This document shows positions 27,166 through 40,984 of a stretch of DNA of 64,000 nt, piece by piece (the first letter of the stretch is position 1; each line of letters begins with the position of its first letter). The stretch is from the NCBI GenBank assembly GCA_951406725.2, contig OX597824.1:12276001-12340000 (forward strand). The letters run 5' to 3'. This DNA is from Octopus vulgaris (Eukaryota). The notes beneath the pieces are model-generated. The model saw only the letters and a program-made list of their open reading frames with translations. It searched no databases and was not told where the DNA came from. The translations under genes and the position numbers were made by a program.

Positions 27166-27624
27166 TTTTCTTCTTTTAACCAAATCCTTATGTTAAAAAA
27201 AAGGATAGTTGTAATAGTAACACTAACAATCCAAAGGCAAGATGGTCATGGTTTGAATATTTTGATCATAGGTCTTCATGATGAGAGTCGACCTTATGTT
27301 AAACAACAACAACAACAACAAGGAGGAAGGAGGTTAACCCTGATAATCTCTAGACTGAGGTGTATAGCAACGAGATTGATGATTATATATAGCCACAGGT
27401 ATGTAGATAAATAAACAACAGGTTAGGAGCTGGCACTACGGGGGGGAAGAAGAAAAACTTTCTTGTTATCTCAGTGTATACATGTATGAGTTTGTGTATA
27501 TGCACGTGCATGTATGTATGTGTGTGCATGTGAGAATGTATAAGTGTGCGTGTGTATATATGTGTGCCTGTATGTGTGTGCATGCATGTGTGTATAAAGA
27601 GATGCATGCTTATGTATGGATGCA

Positions 27625-27677
<53 letters not shown>

Positions 27678-28567
27678 TGTGTGTATATATATATACACAC
27701 ACATATATATACATATATAGGGTGGTGATAATTCTTTAGAAATATCACCACCAGTGGCCTAGCATGTATAAATAGTCAACAGACAACATATTCTTAATAT
27801 TAAGAATTATTTTATATTATATATATATATATATATATATAGGCAAACACATGTTTATATGTGTGTGTGTGTGTGTATACAGATATAGGTATGTCTAGGT
27901 AACATGCTCGTGTATGTATATGTGAATGTCTATGTGTAAGCGTGTTCATGTAACATTTGTGTACATGTCTATACACGAATCTGTGTGTGTGTACATGCAT
28001 ACAAACATGTGTATATGTGCATATATGTATATGTACACATAAATATATGCAAGTGTACGTGTGAGCGTGCATATGTGCATTCTTGCACCTGTCTGCAAAT
28101 ACAGGTGTTATTATTATTATTATTATTATTATTATAATTGCATGAGATGCAGCTGTTTCATTCAGGATACAGGTAGACAGAAAGATGCTTGTAGACATCA
28201 TCATCATCATCATCACCATCATCATAACAACAGCAGCAGCCTTGAAAATAGTGCAAGGATGCATGGATAATAGGGGTGGGATTAAATTGTGCAGGAGTGC
28301 AATTATGTGAACATGTGCTTATATGTGTATGTAAACGCAGGTATTATGGTTGTTGCAGGTGAGGTAGCTGTTTTGTTGAAGGTATGTCAGGAAGGTGTTT
28401 GTTTACACCTTTGTCAGCTTCAGCAGCCTTGAAATTAGTGCAAGGCTGTGCAAAAGAAGAGGGTAGTGGTGGTGGTGGTGGTGGTGGTGGATCAGATAAA
28501 TACATGCTGTGTAAATTGGAGGGTGGAGAGAAAAAGTGCATGTGTGAAAGAGAGATAGATAGATGAT

Positions 28568-28604
<37 letters not shown>

Positions 28605-28964
28605 GCGATAAAGAGAAAGAGAGGGAGAGATAGATAGACAGGAGAGAGAGATGGACAGAGAAAGAGAGAGAGAGGTAGACAGAAAGAGACAGTGAGAGAG
28701 AGAGAGAGAGAAATAGACAGAGAAAGAAAGAAACAGACAAAGAAAGACCGAGGGACAATAAGAGAGAGGGACAGGGAGGGAGTCAGAGAAAGACAAAGAG
28801 AGATTTAGAGAGTGACACAGAGAGGGAGAGAGAGAGCAACATAGAAAGAGTGTTAGAGAGTGATAGAGAGAGAGTCAAAGAGCGACAGAGATACAGAGAA
28901 ACAGAGACAGACAGAAAGATAGAGATGGAGAAATAGACAGAAAGATTGACAGAAAGTTAGACAA

Positions 28965-29027
<63 letters not shown>

Positions 29028-29249
29028 GGTAGGGGTACTGTAAATATTTCAAACTTGTAGCCAGTAGGTAAGTTAGTACTCACTACTGAGTGCAACCGAC
29101 CCCCTAAGGTGGTTAAGATAGATAAAAAAGATCATGCAAATGAAGAAGCTACGTAAACCCTAGGAGGACATTGAGTTTGCTGTCATCCACCCTCTGAAAT
29201 CTCCTGTATTATTTTGCCTTGTAATATAGTGTGACTAATTCTTCTAGTT

Positions 29250-29882
29250 GTGGCGGTGCAATGGCCCAGTGGTTAGGGCAGCGGACTCATGGTCGAAGGA
29301 TCGCGGTTTCGATTCCCAGACTGAGCATTGTGTGTGTTTATTGAGCGAAAACACCTAAAAGCTCCACAAGGCTCCGGCAGGGGGTGGTGGTGACCCCTGT
29401 TGTACTGCGTGGAGGCGCAATGGCCCAGTGGTTAGAGCAGCTGACTCATGGTTGGAGGATTGTGGTTTCGATTCCCAGACTGGGCGTTGTGTGTGTTTAT
29501 TGTGCGAAAACACCTAAAAGCTCCACGATGCTCCGGCAGGGGGTGGCGGTGACCCCTGTTTACTGTGTGGAGGCGCAATGGCCCAGTGGTTAGGGCAGCG
29601 GACTTGCAGTCGGAGGATCGTGGTTTCGATTCCCAGACCGGGCGTTGTGTGTGTTTATTGAGCGAAAACACCTAAAAGCTCCATGAGGCTCCGGCAGGGG
29701 GTGGGTGGCAACCCCTGTTGTACTCTTTCGCCCCACCTTTCTCTCACTCTCTCTTCCTGTTTCTTGTGTAATGCTGCAATAGACTGGTGTCCCGTCCAGT
29801 TGGGGGGGAACACATACGCCACAGAAATCGGGAAACTGGGTTCATGAGCCTGACTAGGCTAGAAAAGGGCGAGAAAGAAAGA
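29250..29882 (+). mobile_element. SINE family D with a triplicated ~158-bp head
   Basis: The head unit starts at ~29250, 29411 and 29569, followed by a single tail. Confidence 0.85.
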
Positions 29883-30151
29883 ATTCTTCTAGTTACTGTC
29901 ATTTAACCCCAGATCAGCCCTTAACCAGCGGACAGACTTATGACTGAAGGTATTCCAGCTGAGGCTATTACCAGCCCTAATGCCATTCCTAATTCCTATT
30001 AAAGCAATCCTATCTTTTTATATTATCCAATGTGTTCTTTCTTTTAAAAGACAAAAAGACAAAAAAGTGGGGTTCAAGGGTGATCTGGACGTATTTTTAG
30101 CAGGTTGTGTGACATTTGGTTTATAATACTAAAGATTAGCATGAGTTAGAG

Positions 30152-30499
30152 AAGTAGTTCTCAATCGAGGTTCATATGGCTTCTAAGGGTCCTTATAAGA
30201 TTTTTGAGTTCCATGTAATAAAATAGTAAACTGGGAAATCACAACAGCATTTCAAGGACCCCTGGAAAAATTCTGCTTTAAATGTATGTACTGGTATGTA
30301 TTGCAAGAAACAGCTGGGTTTCTTTCTCTAACATTTTACATAGCTCCACCTATACAAGTTAATGTGTTAAGAACAAAATAGGAATTTTAAAAGTAATTTC
30401 TGTAAAACTAGTTTTCAAACATTGAATGGCAATGGGGTCCACCAGAATAAAATAGTAATCAAAGGGATCTATAAGTTAAAAAATGGTTGAGAACCCCTG
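30152..30499. mobile_element. hAT-type MITE
   Basis: Termini aagtagttctcaatc / ggttgagaacccctg with an 8-bp TSD AGTTAGAG on both sides. Confidence 0.8.
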
Positions 30500-30946
30500 A
30501 GTTAGAGAAAGGGTACTGGTAACAGCGACCCTTAAGAATAGAGCTATATAACTAAGAAGAGGGCCATGGGTCTGTGAAGGCTAGGGATTCACAGTCTTTA
30601 TTTCTTAAAATAGAAACTTAATTAGGGTCTTAATGAAGAGCCAAAACAATTGATATTCTTTACACGTTTGCTTTCTGAGCTTGTTAATGTTATTCAAATT
30701 TTTGCCAAAAACTAACAACAACAACAAATAATAATAATAATGATAATAATGATGATGATGATTTCTTTAATAATGACAACAATAACAATGTGGGTGAACT
30801 ATGAATGCAACAAAAACAGCAACAAAGAAAATTGGCATCGGAGCAGCTCAAACAGAGTTTGACCTAATTGTTTAGACAGGAATTATCCTGAAAGCCAAGG
30901 ATTGTTGTGTAGGTGTGAATGGATAGACACGCCTCCCTCGGAGTGG

Positions 30947-30977
<31 letters not shown>

Positions 30978-33341
30978 GATAGAGAGAAAAAACACCAACA
31001 CCAAATAATGTGCACAATAACAACATAAATAATAATAATAATGATAATAATAATATGATGATGATGATGATAATGATTATGACAATGGTTTCTCTATTTG
31101 TTAGAAAGGCAATTCATAATATTTAGATGTGTTAGCATATATAAAAAACAAAAAAAAACCCCAGAAACAAACAATCTTTACAGGAAATACGCAAACATTA
31201 ATCCACCATCCCTGTATTGGAATCATTATCATCACCATCATTATCGTCATCACGAATGACTTGTTTCCACCTTTGCCACCATCACTGCTACTATCATCAC
31301 CCCTATTATGATGATGGTGATGATGATGATAACACAGTCAGCACTGCCACTAACACCACTGCATTCCTAACCATCATTAACACCACCAGCAGCAGCACCA
31401 CCACCACCACTACCACTACCATCATCATCCTGGCCATTATCTTCATTGCCAACATCACCATCTTCATTTTCCCACCACCATCACTTTCAAACAGACACTA
31501 TATAGTGCACTTATCTAAATATAGATAGACATATAATAACGGAAATTTAATCAAGTAAAGAATATATGTATGTAAGAATGTAAACCGAGTTTCTTATTAA
31601 GGAGTACATGAGTGAGTGAAGGGTGTATCTTGTTACACAGAGTACACGATACTCATTGCAGTACAGAGAGTCACATTAGCAAACAGCTAATTGTGAACAG
31701 ATTAGTGTATTAAGGAGGAGTTTTGATATGGTGTCAGTTCCTTGTAAAAAGCACTTGTGCTGGTGTCACATAAAAAGCACCAAGCACATTCCGTTAAGTG
31801 GCTGGCGTTAGAAAAGTGGTATCCAGCTGCAGAAACTGTATCAAAACAGACAATGGATCCTGGTGCAGCTCTCCGGCTTGCCAGCTCCTGTCAAATTGTC
31901 CAGCTGAAGCCAGCATGGAAGACGAACGTTAAATGATGATGAGGACAATGGAGTATATGGTATTGGAGCATGGCTTGTTGGGCTTCACTGATGAGATCAT
32001 AAGACCAAAATGTGCCTGAAGTTGTCTCCCATATTTTCCAGAAAACTAAAAGTAATATTAGTCATTAGATAATACTGTTTTTTCTTCCCAGCCACTTAAT
32101 TATTTTTAATTAGCTTATTAAAGCTCTGTGTACTTAATAGGTTAAACACTAACTTATGTAACGAACTTAACATAGACAACCAACTATCTCTACAGCACAT
32201 GCATACACGCACACATACACACGAAGACATTTAATTATCTTAGTGTATTGTTAATTCAAATATATTTTCAAAAACTGTACTTAGTTTTCCACTAATTGAC
32301 ATAAAGGAAAATACAAAAAGAAAAACATCTCTTCTAAAAACAGGTGCAAAACCAAATAAGTTGATATGTTTCATAATGAGAGATACTTGAAAATGATACA
32401 GGTAACTAATTATAGAGCTTCAACAGAAATCTTAAACTGTTAAAAGCAGGAAATTTATGGGTGGGGGGGTGAATGGTGTCTAGTCGATAGATTGATCCTT
32501 GTAGATTGATCCTGTGGTCGAAAGCATTCCAGCTGTGACCATCCTGTATATTTCTTTACTTTTTAAAAAAAGTTTTCAGATAGACGTTATTCAGGACTTG
32601 ATACTTGAATACATTCTAGCCTTCTTTTTTTTTTAATGGCAGTAGTATCTTATAAGTGGAAGGTTTGGTTGTTACTTCTAACTGGTTGAGCAACCAAATA
32701 AAAATGCCCCACCACTACAATTTGTTAAAAAAAAAAAAAAACTACAATTACAAAATAAAAAGCATAAAAATTTTTTGGACAGGGTCCTTCTTTGGAGAAC
32801 ATCGTTATTAGTTCTGCTTGAAATCTGAATATTTCTTCTCCTGTACACAACTACTATTAGTTAGGCAACACCCTAAATCTATTATTAATGCACGTAGTGG
32901 TAGTGGTTTGTGATAGCAGTAGTATTAGTACAGAAGGCTGTGAAGTAGCTGCATAGTTAGTTACAGATGTTCAGTTATACTAGTATAACTATCGTTATTA
33001 AACCATAACTATATCAGGGAATATATATAAAATGGGTGTGTCCCCTGAAATAGGAGATGTGGCAGCTGTTGTTAGCAACAGGTTACCTAACCTGAAGCGC
33101 ACACTAGCTATAACATTGGTGTACTAATACTACTACTACTACCACTTTTTTTTTATATTATTCAGGCACAAGGCCAGCAGTAATTCAGGAGAGGCAGTTA
33201 GTCGATACTATCGACTCCAGTACTTGACGAGCATTTTATTTCATTGACATTGCAATTAGATCTCGGGACATAGAGGGTTGGAACAAATACTGCAAAGCAA
33301 TTTTTTCCTGATGCTCTAACCGTTCTGCCAACCTACAACCC

Positions 33342-33342
<1 letters not shown>

Positions 33343-33398
<56 letters not shown>

Positions 33399-33606
33399 TA
33401 ATAATGACAATGATAATAATGACAATGATAATAATGATAATAATAATAATAATAATAATGATAATAATGATAATAATATGATAATGATAATAATGATAAT
33501 GATAATAATGATAATGATAATAATGATAATAATGATAATGATAATAATGATAATGATAATAATGATAATGATAATAATGATAATAATGATAATAATAATA
33601 ATAATA
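33343..33606. repeat. (AAT)n/(GATAAT)n microsatellite
   Basis: Visible directly. Confidence 0.95.
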
Positions 33607-34065
33607 GGTTACAGCAAATATTCTGCTCAATATCACAGATTTGCATGTCAGTTGTTTGACTGTAACCAGTTGACCATGTCCCTTAGTGGCTGACGATATG
33701 TGCATCTCTGATCACGAGCAGAAGTAGTGGGGGAGCATCATAGCCGTGTGTTGAGAGGAATTCTTAGAGGTTTGGATAATTCACATTTGGAAACATGGGT
33801 GGTTCGTTCAACATCCTCAAACAATCCTTATTCAGGAACCTTTTGAGCTGGATGGGCTACTCGACCAGAAGAAAATTCTAACTGGGCCCCACCTGCAAGG
33901 TCATGTGCTGTTTATCTTGATATGAGATCACCATGTCATGCACATATGGTTGTGATGCATGTTCCTGGGTACCCTTATCAGATGGGTAGTCATGATGGGT
34001 ATACTGGGCTTCGTATATTTTACCCCAATGTCACTTTGATGGCATGTACTGCTCTCTCACTCAAT
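33606..34065 (+). mobile_element. Family F copy
   Basis: Reverse complement of 55868-56325. It follows a long (AAT/GAT)n array and ends ctctctcactc(aat)n. Confidence 0.7.
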
Positions 34066-34664
34066 AATAATAATAATAATCCTTTCTACTGATAGCATAA
34101 GGCCTGAAATTTGGTGGGGAGAAGACTAGTCAATTACATCGACCCCAGTGTTTTACTGGTACTTAATTTATTGACCCTGAAAGGATGAAAAACAAATTCC
34201 TTGGCGGAATTTGAACTCAGAACATAGCGATAGGTGAAATACTGCTAAGCATTTTGTCCAGTGTACTAAGAATTCTGCCAGCTCATCACCTTAATAATAA
34301 TAATAATGATGATGATGATGAAGGTTAGTCCTTGATTGGTTCTTTATTTTATTGACCTTAAAAAGATGAAAGGCGAGGCTGACCTTGTTGGGACTGGAAC
34401 TCAGAATGTATAAAGATTAATAAATACCATGAGGTATTATTTCAACTCTGCCTATGTGAATGTACTTTAATGTGAGGCACAAGGTGACAAATTTTGAAAG
34501 AGGAAGCAGTGAACTAATTCAAGACTATATCATATGAAAGAAAAGCTTACTTGAAAAGAATTTGAACTCAGAACAAAAACAACATGAGACTAAAGAGTGC
34601 AAGCTATTTTGTTTGGCACTCAACCAATTTTCATATCCAAGAAAAAAAAAAACAAAAAAAAAAC

Positions 34665-35005
34665 AAATGGAAATTGTAGCTGTTATACCCATGCTGGTGG
34701 CACGTAAAAAGCACCATCTGAACGTGGCCAATACCAGTACTGCCTTGACTGGCGTCTGTGCCGATGGCACGTAAAAAGCACCAACTGATCATGACCATTG
34801 CCAGCCTCCCCTGGCCCTTGTGCTGGTGGCACATAAAAAGCACTCACTACACTCTCGGAGTGGTTGGCATTAGGAAGGGCATCCAGCTGTAGAAACACTG
34901 CTAGATCAGACTGGAGCCTGGTGCAGCCTCCTGGCTTCCTAGACCCCGGTCGAACTGTCCAACCCATGCTAGCATGGAAAACGGATGTTAAACGATGATG
35001 ATGAC
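34665..35005 (+). mobile_element. SINE family C
   Basis: Three sub-repeats, body and (gat)n tail. Confidence 0.8.
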
Positions 35006-35353
35006 TGCTGTAATGGTTAGCAAGCATAATAATTTCTAAATGCATATATAAAAAAAAGTACAAAAGAATAATAATTCTTCCTAATTTTGGCACATGACCA
35101 ACAATTTTGAGGGGAGGGGGATAGTTGATTACAGTGACTCCTGTACTTGACTGGTACTATATTTTATCAATTCTGAAAGGACAAAATGCAAAGCTGACCT
35201 CAGTTGAATTTAGGGTTTGATTTAAGGGTAATTTGCATGCTATTTTTAGCAGACTGAACAATCTTGTAGATGCTCCCTCATTAGCTCATTAGAAGTTAAT
35301 CTCCTGCATGGCACGCTGATCCTGAAAACCTCTTTCAATTCCTTTATAAGCTA

Positions 35354-35730
35354 CTAGCAGTATCGCCTGGCGTTGCTCAGGTTTGTTTCAACCCTTTAGA
35401 ATTGAAATTTTTGAAAAGTAAAAATGTTGTATTATGTAGCTTGTTATTCTCTTTAAGTGAACATTTTTCTGGTTGAAATACATCGAAAAATGGAATGGCG
35501 ATACAGCAGTCAAAAAATCGTAAAAAATAGGGATTTTCATAGAAAAAAAGCACCTTTTTGATGTAAATAATTTTTGGTGTTAACATGGTCCGATTTGGAA
35601 GAGCAAGCCTTCTTCTATCATACTCTCAATTTTGGTCAACTTGTGTCGCAGGGTCTCGGAGGAGATAGTGTTAGTTGAAAGCTACCAAACCTGCCATACA
35701 CAGACAACTTCAGCTTTATATAGAGAGAGA
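35354..35730 (-). mobile_element. Non-autonomous Helitron
   Basis: Minus strand reads A|TCtctctctatataaag...cctgagcaacgccaggcgatactgCTAG|T. The 3' end is nearly the same as 59260-59644. Confidence 0.8.
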
Positions 35731-36699
35731 TTATAAACACTGGAACATCTCCATTTTCTCTCTTCTGGAGTAATCAGAAGCAATCAATAATAGAGACATA
35801 CAAACATTTTAATAAGCAGTATTGACAGATTATAAGCATACACACATACATACACACAGCAAAGAAACATGCACATACATGAAGGCATACAACATACAGA
35901 CGTGGAGATATAGGCTTTATTAAACACAATAGTTGTCAGGTAGACATCTACTCCAAGTTGGACATTGTCTCTGCTTTATAAAAATTCAGTGTATGTGTGT
36001 GTGGAACAGTGGACTGCCCTGTGACTTCATGAACAGTGTTGTTCATGAGTTTTCAAGAGTGAACAGATAGGTATAGAAAAGTATATAAAATATAACGTCT
36101 TCAATTGTTATGACAAACAAAGATCATGATTGCATTATAAGTTGAATATATTGTCTAATCTGTACTATGTATAATGTATAGATTATGCTAGGATGCTAAA
36201 AGGACAATATGATGTTTAGACTACACTACATAAAATGAACTGACTGCACCATAAGGAAAATACAAAGACAGCACAAAGAATAGACTGCACTGTATAAATT
36301 GTATAGATTGAATTAGAAGAACAATGTATGCACAATTAGAATGTAATGTATATAGATTGTATTTTATATATACATGGGCGCAGGAGTGGCTGTGTGGTAA
36401 GTAGCTTGCTAATCAACCATATGGTTCCGGGTTCAGTCCCACTGCGTGGCATCTTGGGCAAGTGTCTTCTGCTATAGCCTCGGGCCGACCAATGCCTTGT
36501 GAGTGGATTTGGTAGATGGAAACTGAAAGAAGCCTGTCGTATATATGTATATATATATATATATATGTGTGTGTGTATGTGCTTGTGTGTCTGTGTTTGT
36601 CCCCCTAGCATTGCTGAAGAACAATGTGTGCACAATTAGAATGTAATGTATATAGATTGTATTGTATATACATAGTGTATTCATCACAAAGTTCTGTTC

Positions 36700-37150
36700 T
36701 TGTGCCAGTGTGGTGGCTTGTATACCTCAACGATACTGATATCTGTACCAGTGGAGCACAAACTCCTGGTAGGACCTCTCATGCTGGACAGGTCAAAGGA
36801 TAGAGGCCAGGCTAATAAGGACCACTGCTTCCCAGAGATAAAAATGGGTTTACATAGGGCCAAGACCCCTATCCAGAAAAAGCAGTTTTACAGAAGCATT
36901 GATGACAATTCAAAACAGCTTGGAGAGGAAAGTTTTCCTTTAGGGAAACAAGAGACATCAAGCCCTGACCTAGAACCCACAAAGGAGGCAGAAGAGGCTA
37001 TGATCTAAAATAGCTGGAGGTAGGATATTGAGGCAGAGCGGAAAAAGAAGGGCTCCGACTGGAGAGAAGCAGAAAAGACAGCCAAAAATTGAGACCAGTG
37101 GAGACAAATTGTTTGTCTATGCTTTGTAGGGAACAAAGGGATTAACTAAG
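36700..37150 (+). mobile_element. Bipartite (internally deleted) RTE-clade element: 5' UTR joined to the ORF C-terminus
   Basis: The 5' part (ggtggcttgtatacctcaacga...ctcctggtaggacctctcatgctggacaggtcaaagg) resembles RTE/BovB 5' UTRs. The 3' part decodes, with stops and frameshifts, to QALTxNPQ...DIEAERKKKGSDWREAEKTAKNxDQWRQIV, like RTE C-termini. Confidence 0.65.
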
Positions 37151-37200
37151 TATATATATAATATATAGACTGTAGTATTAGGGCCACATAATAAAATATA

Positions 37201-37597
37201 GACGCAGGAGTGGCTGTGTGGTAAGTAGCTTGCTTAGCAAACACATGGTTCCGGGTTCAGTCCCACTGCGTGGCACCTTGGGCAAGTGTCTTCTACTAGA
37301 ACCTCCGGCTGACCAAAGTCTTGTGAGTGGATTTGGTAGATGGAAACTGAAAGAAGCCCGTCGTATATATATGTATATATATGAATGTGTGTGTGTGTGT
37401 GTTTGTCCTCCCAACATTGCTTGACAACCGATGCTGGTGTGTTTACGTCCCTGTAACTTAGCGGTTCGGCAAAAGAGGCCAATAGAATAAGTACTAGGCT
37501 TACAAAGAATAAGTCCTGGGGGGGATTTGCTCGACTAAAGGCGGTGCTCCAGCATGGCCGCAGTCAAATGACTGAAACAAGTAAAAGAGTAAACGAG
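37201..37597 (+). mobile_element. SINE family B, full length
   Basis: tRNA-like head (tggctgtgtggtaag...gggttcagtccc), CORE-like accttgggcaagtg, internal TA/TG microsatellite, and tail gactgaaacaagtaaaagagt. Confidence 0.85.
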
Positions 37598-38639
37598 AGT
37601 CGTTATTGGTTGATGTCCAGGTCAGACCTATGACCAAAAGCCTTCTAGCCTTGACAACTCCATTATTTTTTTTTAAATTCTAAAATAGTCTATCTGGACG
37701 TACATTATTCAATGTATCCTCCTCTTTATTGAGACAGAAAAGGTGGTGGAAGGAAACTTTAACAGAATCAGGGACGAATATAAGTGCATAAGATCCACCA
37801 CAGATGAATCTGTGCTAAGGAGTGGGCGAGGGAGAGAATATTTAATTCCATAAATTCATAAGATGTTTAGTGATATCCAGTTACACGAATGCAGAAAGAA
37901 ATTCCTTTCCCCAAGTAGATATATTTTTTAGAGATTTCAAAATTTGAATGCAGAATGAAATTTTCTTCCGTGAACAAGGATTTCTTCCTTCACTCCTGAC
38001 ATAGATAAGAAGCCTCTTCAGGGTAGGTAGTTAGGTAGGTAGGCATTGATAGGCAGCTCTTTACAGACTGATGAGATAGGCCTTTGAAAGTTTAAGGTGT
38101 GGAAAGACTGCTAGTAAATGGGATTATAAAATCGTGAACAGTTCAACAAGTAGACCAGTATTCATCAACGGGACTCTCGCTCCCACACATGTAACTTATT
38201 CTTTATCGGCACGTTTATGCTTCTCTCTCTCTCTCTCTTTCTTGTTCACATATCTTCCTATTCGTTATTTGCATCTTATTATCTGTCTCTCTCTCTCTCT
38301 CACATACCTCTACTCTGTCACACACATATACATCCATCTTCTCCCTCTTTCTCACACAAAACAGTTCCCCCTTTAATATATGCATATTCTGGCTCTTTCT
38401 CTCTCTCACACACACCTTCCTCTTCTCTATGCTTCACTCGCACACATATCTTCATCTCATACGCTTTCTCTTCTCTTCTTCTCCTCCTCCACCACATCTC
38501 TCTCTCTTCCTCTGTCTCTCTCTCTCTCTCTCTCAATAAATGTAAATAAGAATTGTCTTAAGACGTAACGAAACATTTCCTTGTTCATCCCAGATCAGAA
38601 AAGATCCGTCATTCCTTTAAATCTTATCAATAGGTAAAC

Positions 38640-38781
38640 ACACACACACACACACACACATACACACACGAACATGCAGAGCCTCTACGTAGTCGCTCGA
38701 TCTGCTTGAAATAGCAGCCACATCTCTCAAATCAGGCTCTATCGTCTTAAAAAAAAATTCTATTATTTATTCCTTTAAATC

Positions 38782-38822
<41 letters not shown>

Positions 38823-38922
38823 GAACACGCAGAGCCTCTACGTAGTCGCTCGATCTGCTTGAAATAGCAGCCACATCTCTCAAATCAGGCTCTATTATCG
38901 TCTTAAAAAAAAAAATTCTATT
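38640..38922. repeat. Local tandem duplication (~155 bp) of a dispersed-repeat fragment
   Basis: (ca)n-cgaaca.gcagagcctctacgtagtcgctcgatctgcttgaaatagcagccacatctctcaaatcaggctctat...aaaaaaattcta occurs twice. Confidence 0.85.
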
Positions 38923-39165
38923 TCGATAAGGTAGAGTGAAATCGATTGTTCTGAAAAGATATGATGGCCACGGTTGGAATTTTGAACACAATAATTTTAA
39001 CTTGCTCAGAGCTGACTCAGGGTTAAACGACAACAGCAGCAACATCAACAGCAATAGTTTCTAGATCTGAAATAAATTTACCTGTAAGCAAGCACACATC
39101 ATGTGCAGGTAAATTGTATTCGAAGTAAAACCGTAGCGAATACAACACTAACATCTGTTACTCAT

Positions 39166-39315
39166 AACTACTACTACTACTACCACCAGCACCACTACTA
39201 CTACCACCACCACCACTACTACAACAAATACCACCACCACCACTACAACAAATACCACCACCACCACCACCACTACAATACCACCACCACCACCACCACT
39301 ACAACAAATACCACC

Positions 39316-39352
<37 letters not shown>

Positions 39353-39592
39353 AAACCACCACCACCGATATTACCACTGCTACTACTATAAAAACTACGA
39401 CTACATCTACAACTACCACCATCATCATCATCACCATCACCACCACCATCACAACAACTGCTGCTGCGGTTGTTACTATTACTACTAACATCACAACGAC
39501 TACCAAACCTTGAACTACCACCACCACCACAATCACCACTACAACAACAACCTTCAATACCACAAAATACTAGTGCAACCACCACCACCACT
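39166..39592. repeat. Compound CAC/TAC/AAC trinucleotide repeat
   Basis: Visible directly. Confidence 0.9.
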
Positions 39593-39596
39593 AATA

Positions 39597-40180
39597 TTCT
39601 TTTATACTCTAGGAACAAGACCCGAAATATTTTGGGGAGGGGGCCAGTCGATTAGATTGACCCCAGTGCGTAACTGGTACTTAATTTATTGACCCCAAAA
39701 GAAAGAAAGGCAAAGTCGATCTCGGTGGAATTTGAACTCAGAACATAAAGACAGACAAAATACCTATTTCTTTATTACCCACAAGGGGCTAAACATAGAG
39801 GGGACAAACAAGGACAGACATAGGTATTAAGTTGATTACATCGACTCCAGTGCGTAACTGGTACTTAATATATCAACCCCGAAAGGATGAAAGGCAAAGT
39901 CGACCTCGGCGGAATTTGAACTCAGAACGTAGCGGCAGACAAAATACCTATTTCTTTACTACCGACAAGGGGCTAAACATAGAGGGGACAAACAAAGACA
40001 GACAAAGGGATTAAGTCGATTATATCGACCCCAGTGCATAACTGGTACTTATTTAATCGACCCTGAAAGGATGAAAGGCAAAGTCGACCTCGGCAGAATT
40101 TGAACTCAGAATGTAGCGGCAGACGAAATACCCCTAAGCAATTCGCCCGGCGTGCTAACGTCTCTGCCAGCTCGCCGCCT
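39597..40180 (-). mobile_element. SINE family A trimer
   Basis: Three tandem core units with one head at the right end. Confidence 0.8.
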
Positions 40181-40676
40181 TCACCGCCACAAATATTACT
40201 AAACAACAACAACAAAAACTACTACAACTAATGCTGCTGCTGCTGCAACTGGTATTGTGGTGCTGTTACCATTAAATGGCAATATCAGATGTCTGAGAGT
40301 CTTTGAGCTAACTCCGTAGCACTTAAAAGGAAATAGGTACAGTGAAGAAAAATGCTGTGTTTCTTTTGATATATAGGTCTGTTGTGTTCTTGAGTTGGAT
40401 GGAACTAGCTGCCATCTCTGACTAATACTGCAAGCAATGGGTGTGTGAGGCCTCATGAGTTTTCGGCTTAGCGTGGCTTATTATTTGATCGTTTCTATAT
40501 TTTCAAAGTTTTTATGAAGTAACTACTTTTTAGCAAATGCATGAGTATGTGGGTGTTGGTGTCTGAGAAAGCGAGAGGAGAGAGAGATTAAGAGAAGAGA
40601 GTTCCAACTGTATATTATTATTTTTATAATTCTATACAGGATGTGAATGTCTGTCTACACACACATACACACACTC

Positions 40677-40709
<33 letters not shown>

Positions 40710-40946
40710 CCAAATTCCACATATGTACTTATGAAAGTATGCATGCATGAATGCATATAACTATCCTAACAGCTCATTAATTAATTATATAAGCTCTTTC
40801 AAACACACACACACACACACATGCATATATGCACATACATGAGCGTGTGTATATGTCTGTGTGTTTTCTGCAATTATTTGGTAAGTGGTGCTAAATTTTA
40901 CAATCTGTGAATAATAATATTTCATAAACTTAAAGCTTATAAAATA

Positions 40947-40984
<38 letters not shown>

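Noticed and set aside
29250-29330. tRNA genes at SINE heads (families A, B, D, E)
   Set aside because: A and B boxes are present, but there is no complete acceptor stem or terminator, and each continues into a SINE body.
39103-39618. Mucin-like Thr/His-rich or Gly/Ser-rich ORFs
   Set aside because: A compound trinucleotide repeat open in several frames on both strands, with no coding context.
40268-40456. Minus-strand ATG-started ORF with a possible G|GTAACA donor
   Set aside because: Phase 1, so incompatible with the phase-0 calpain junction. The donor is weak and there is no homology.
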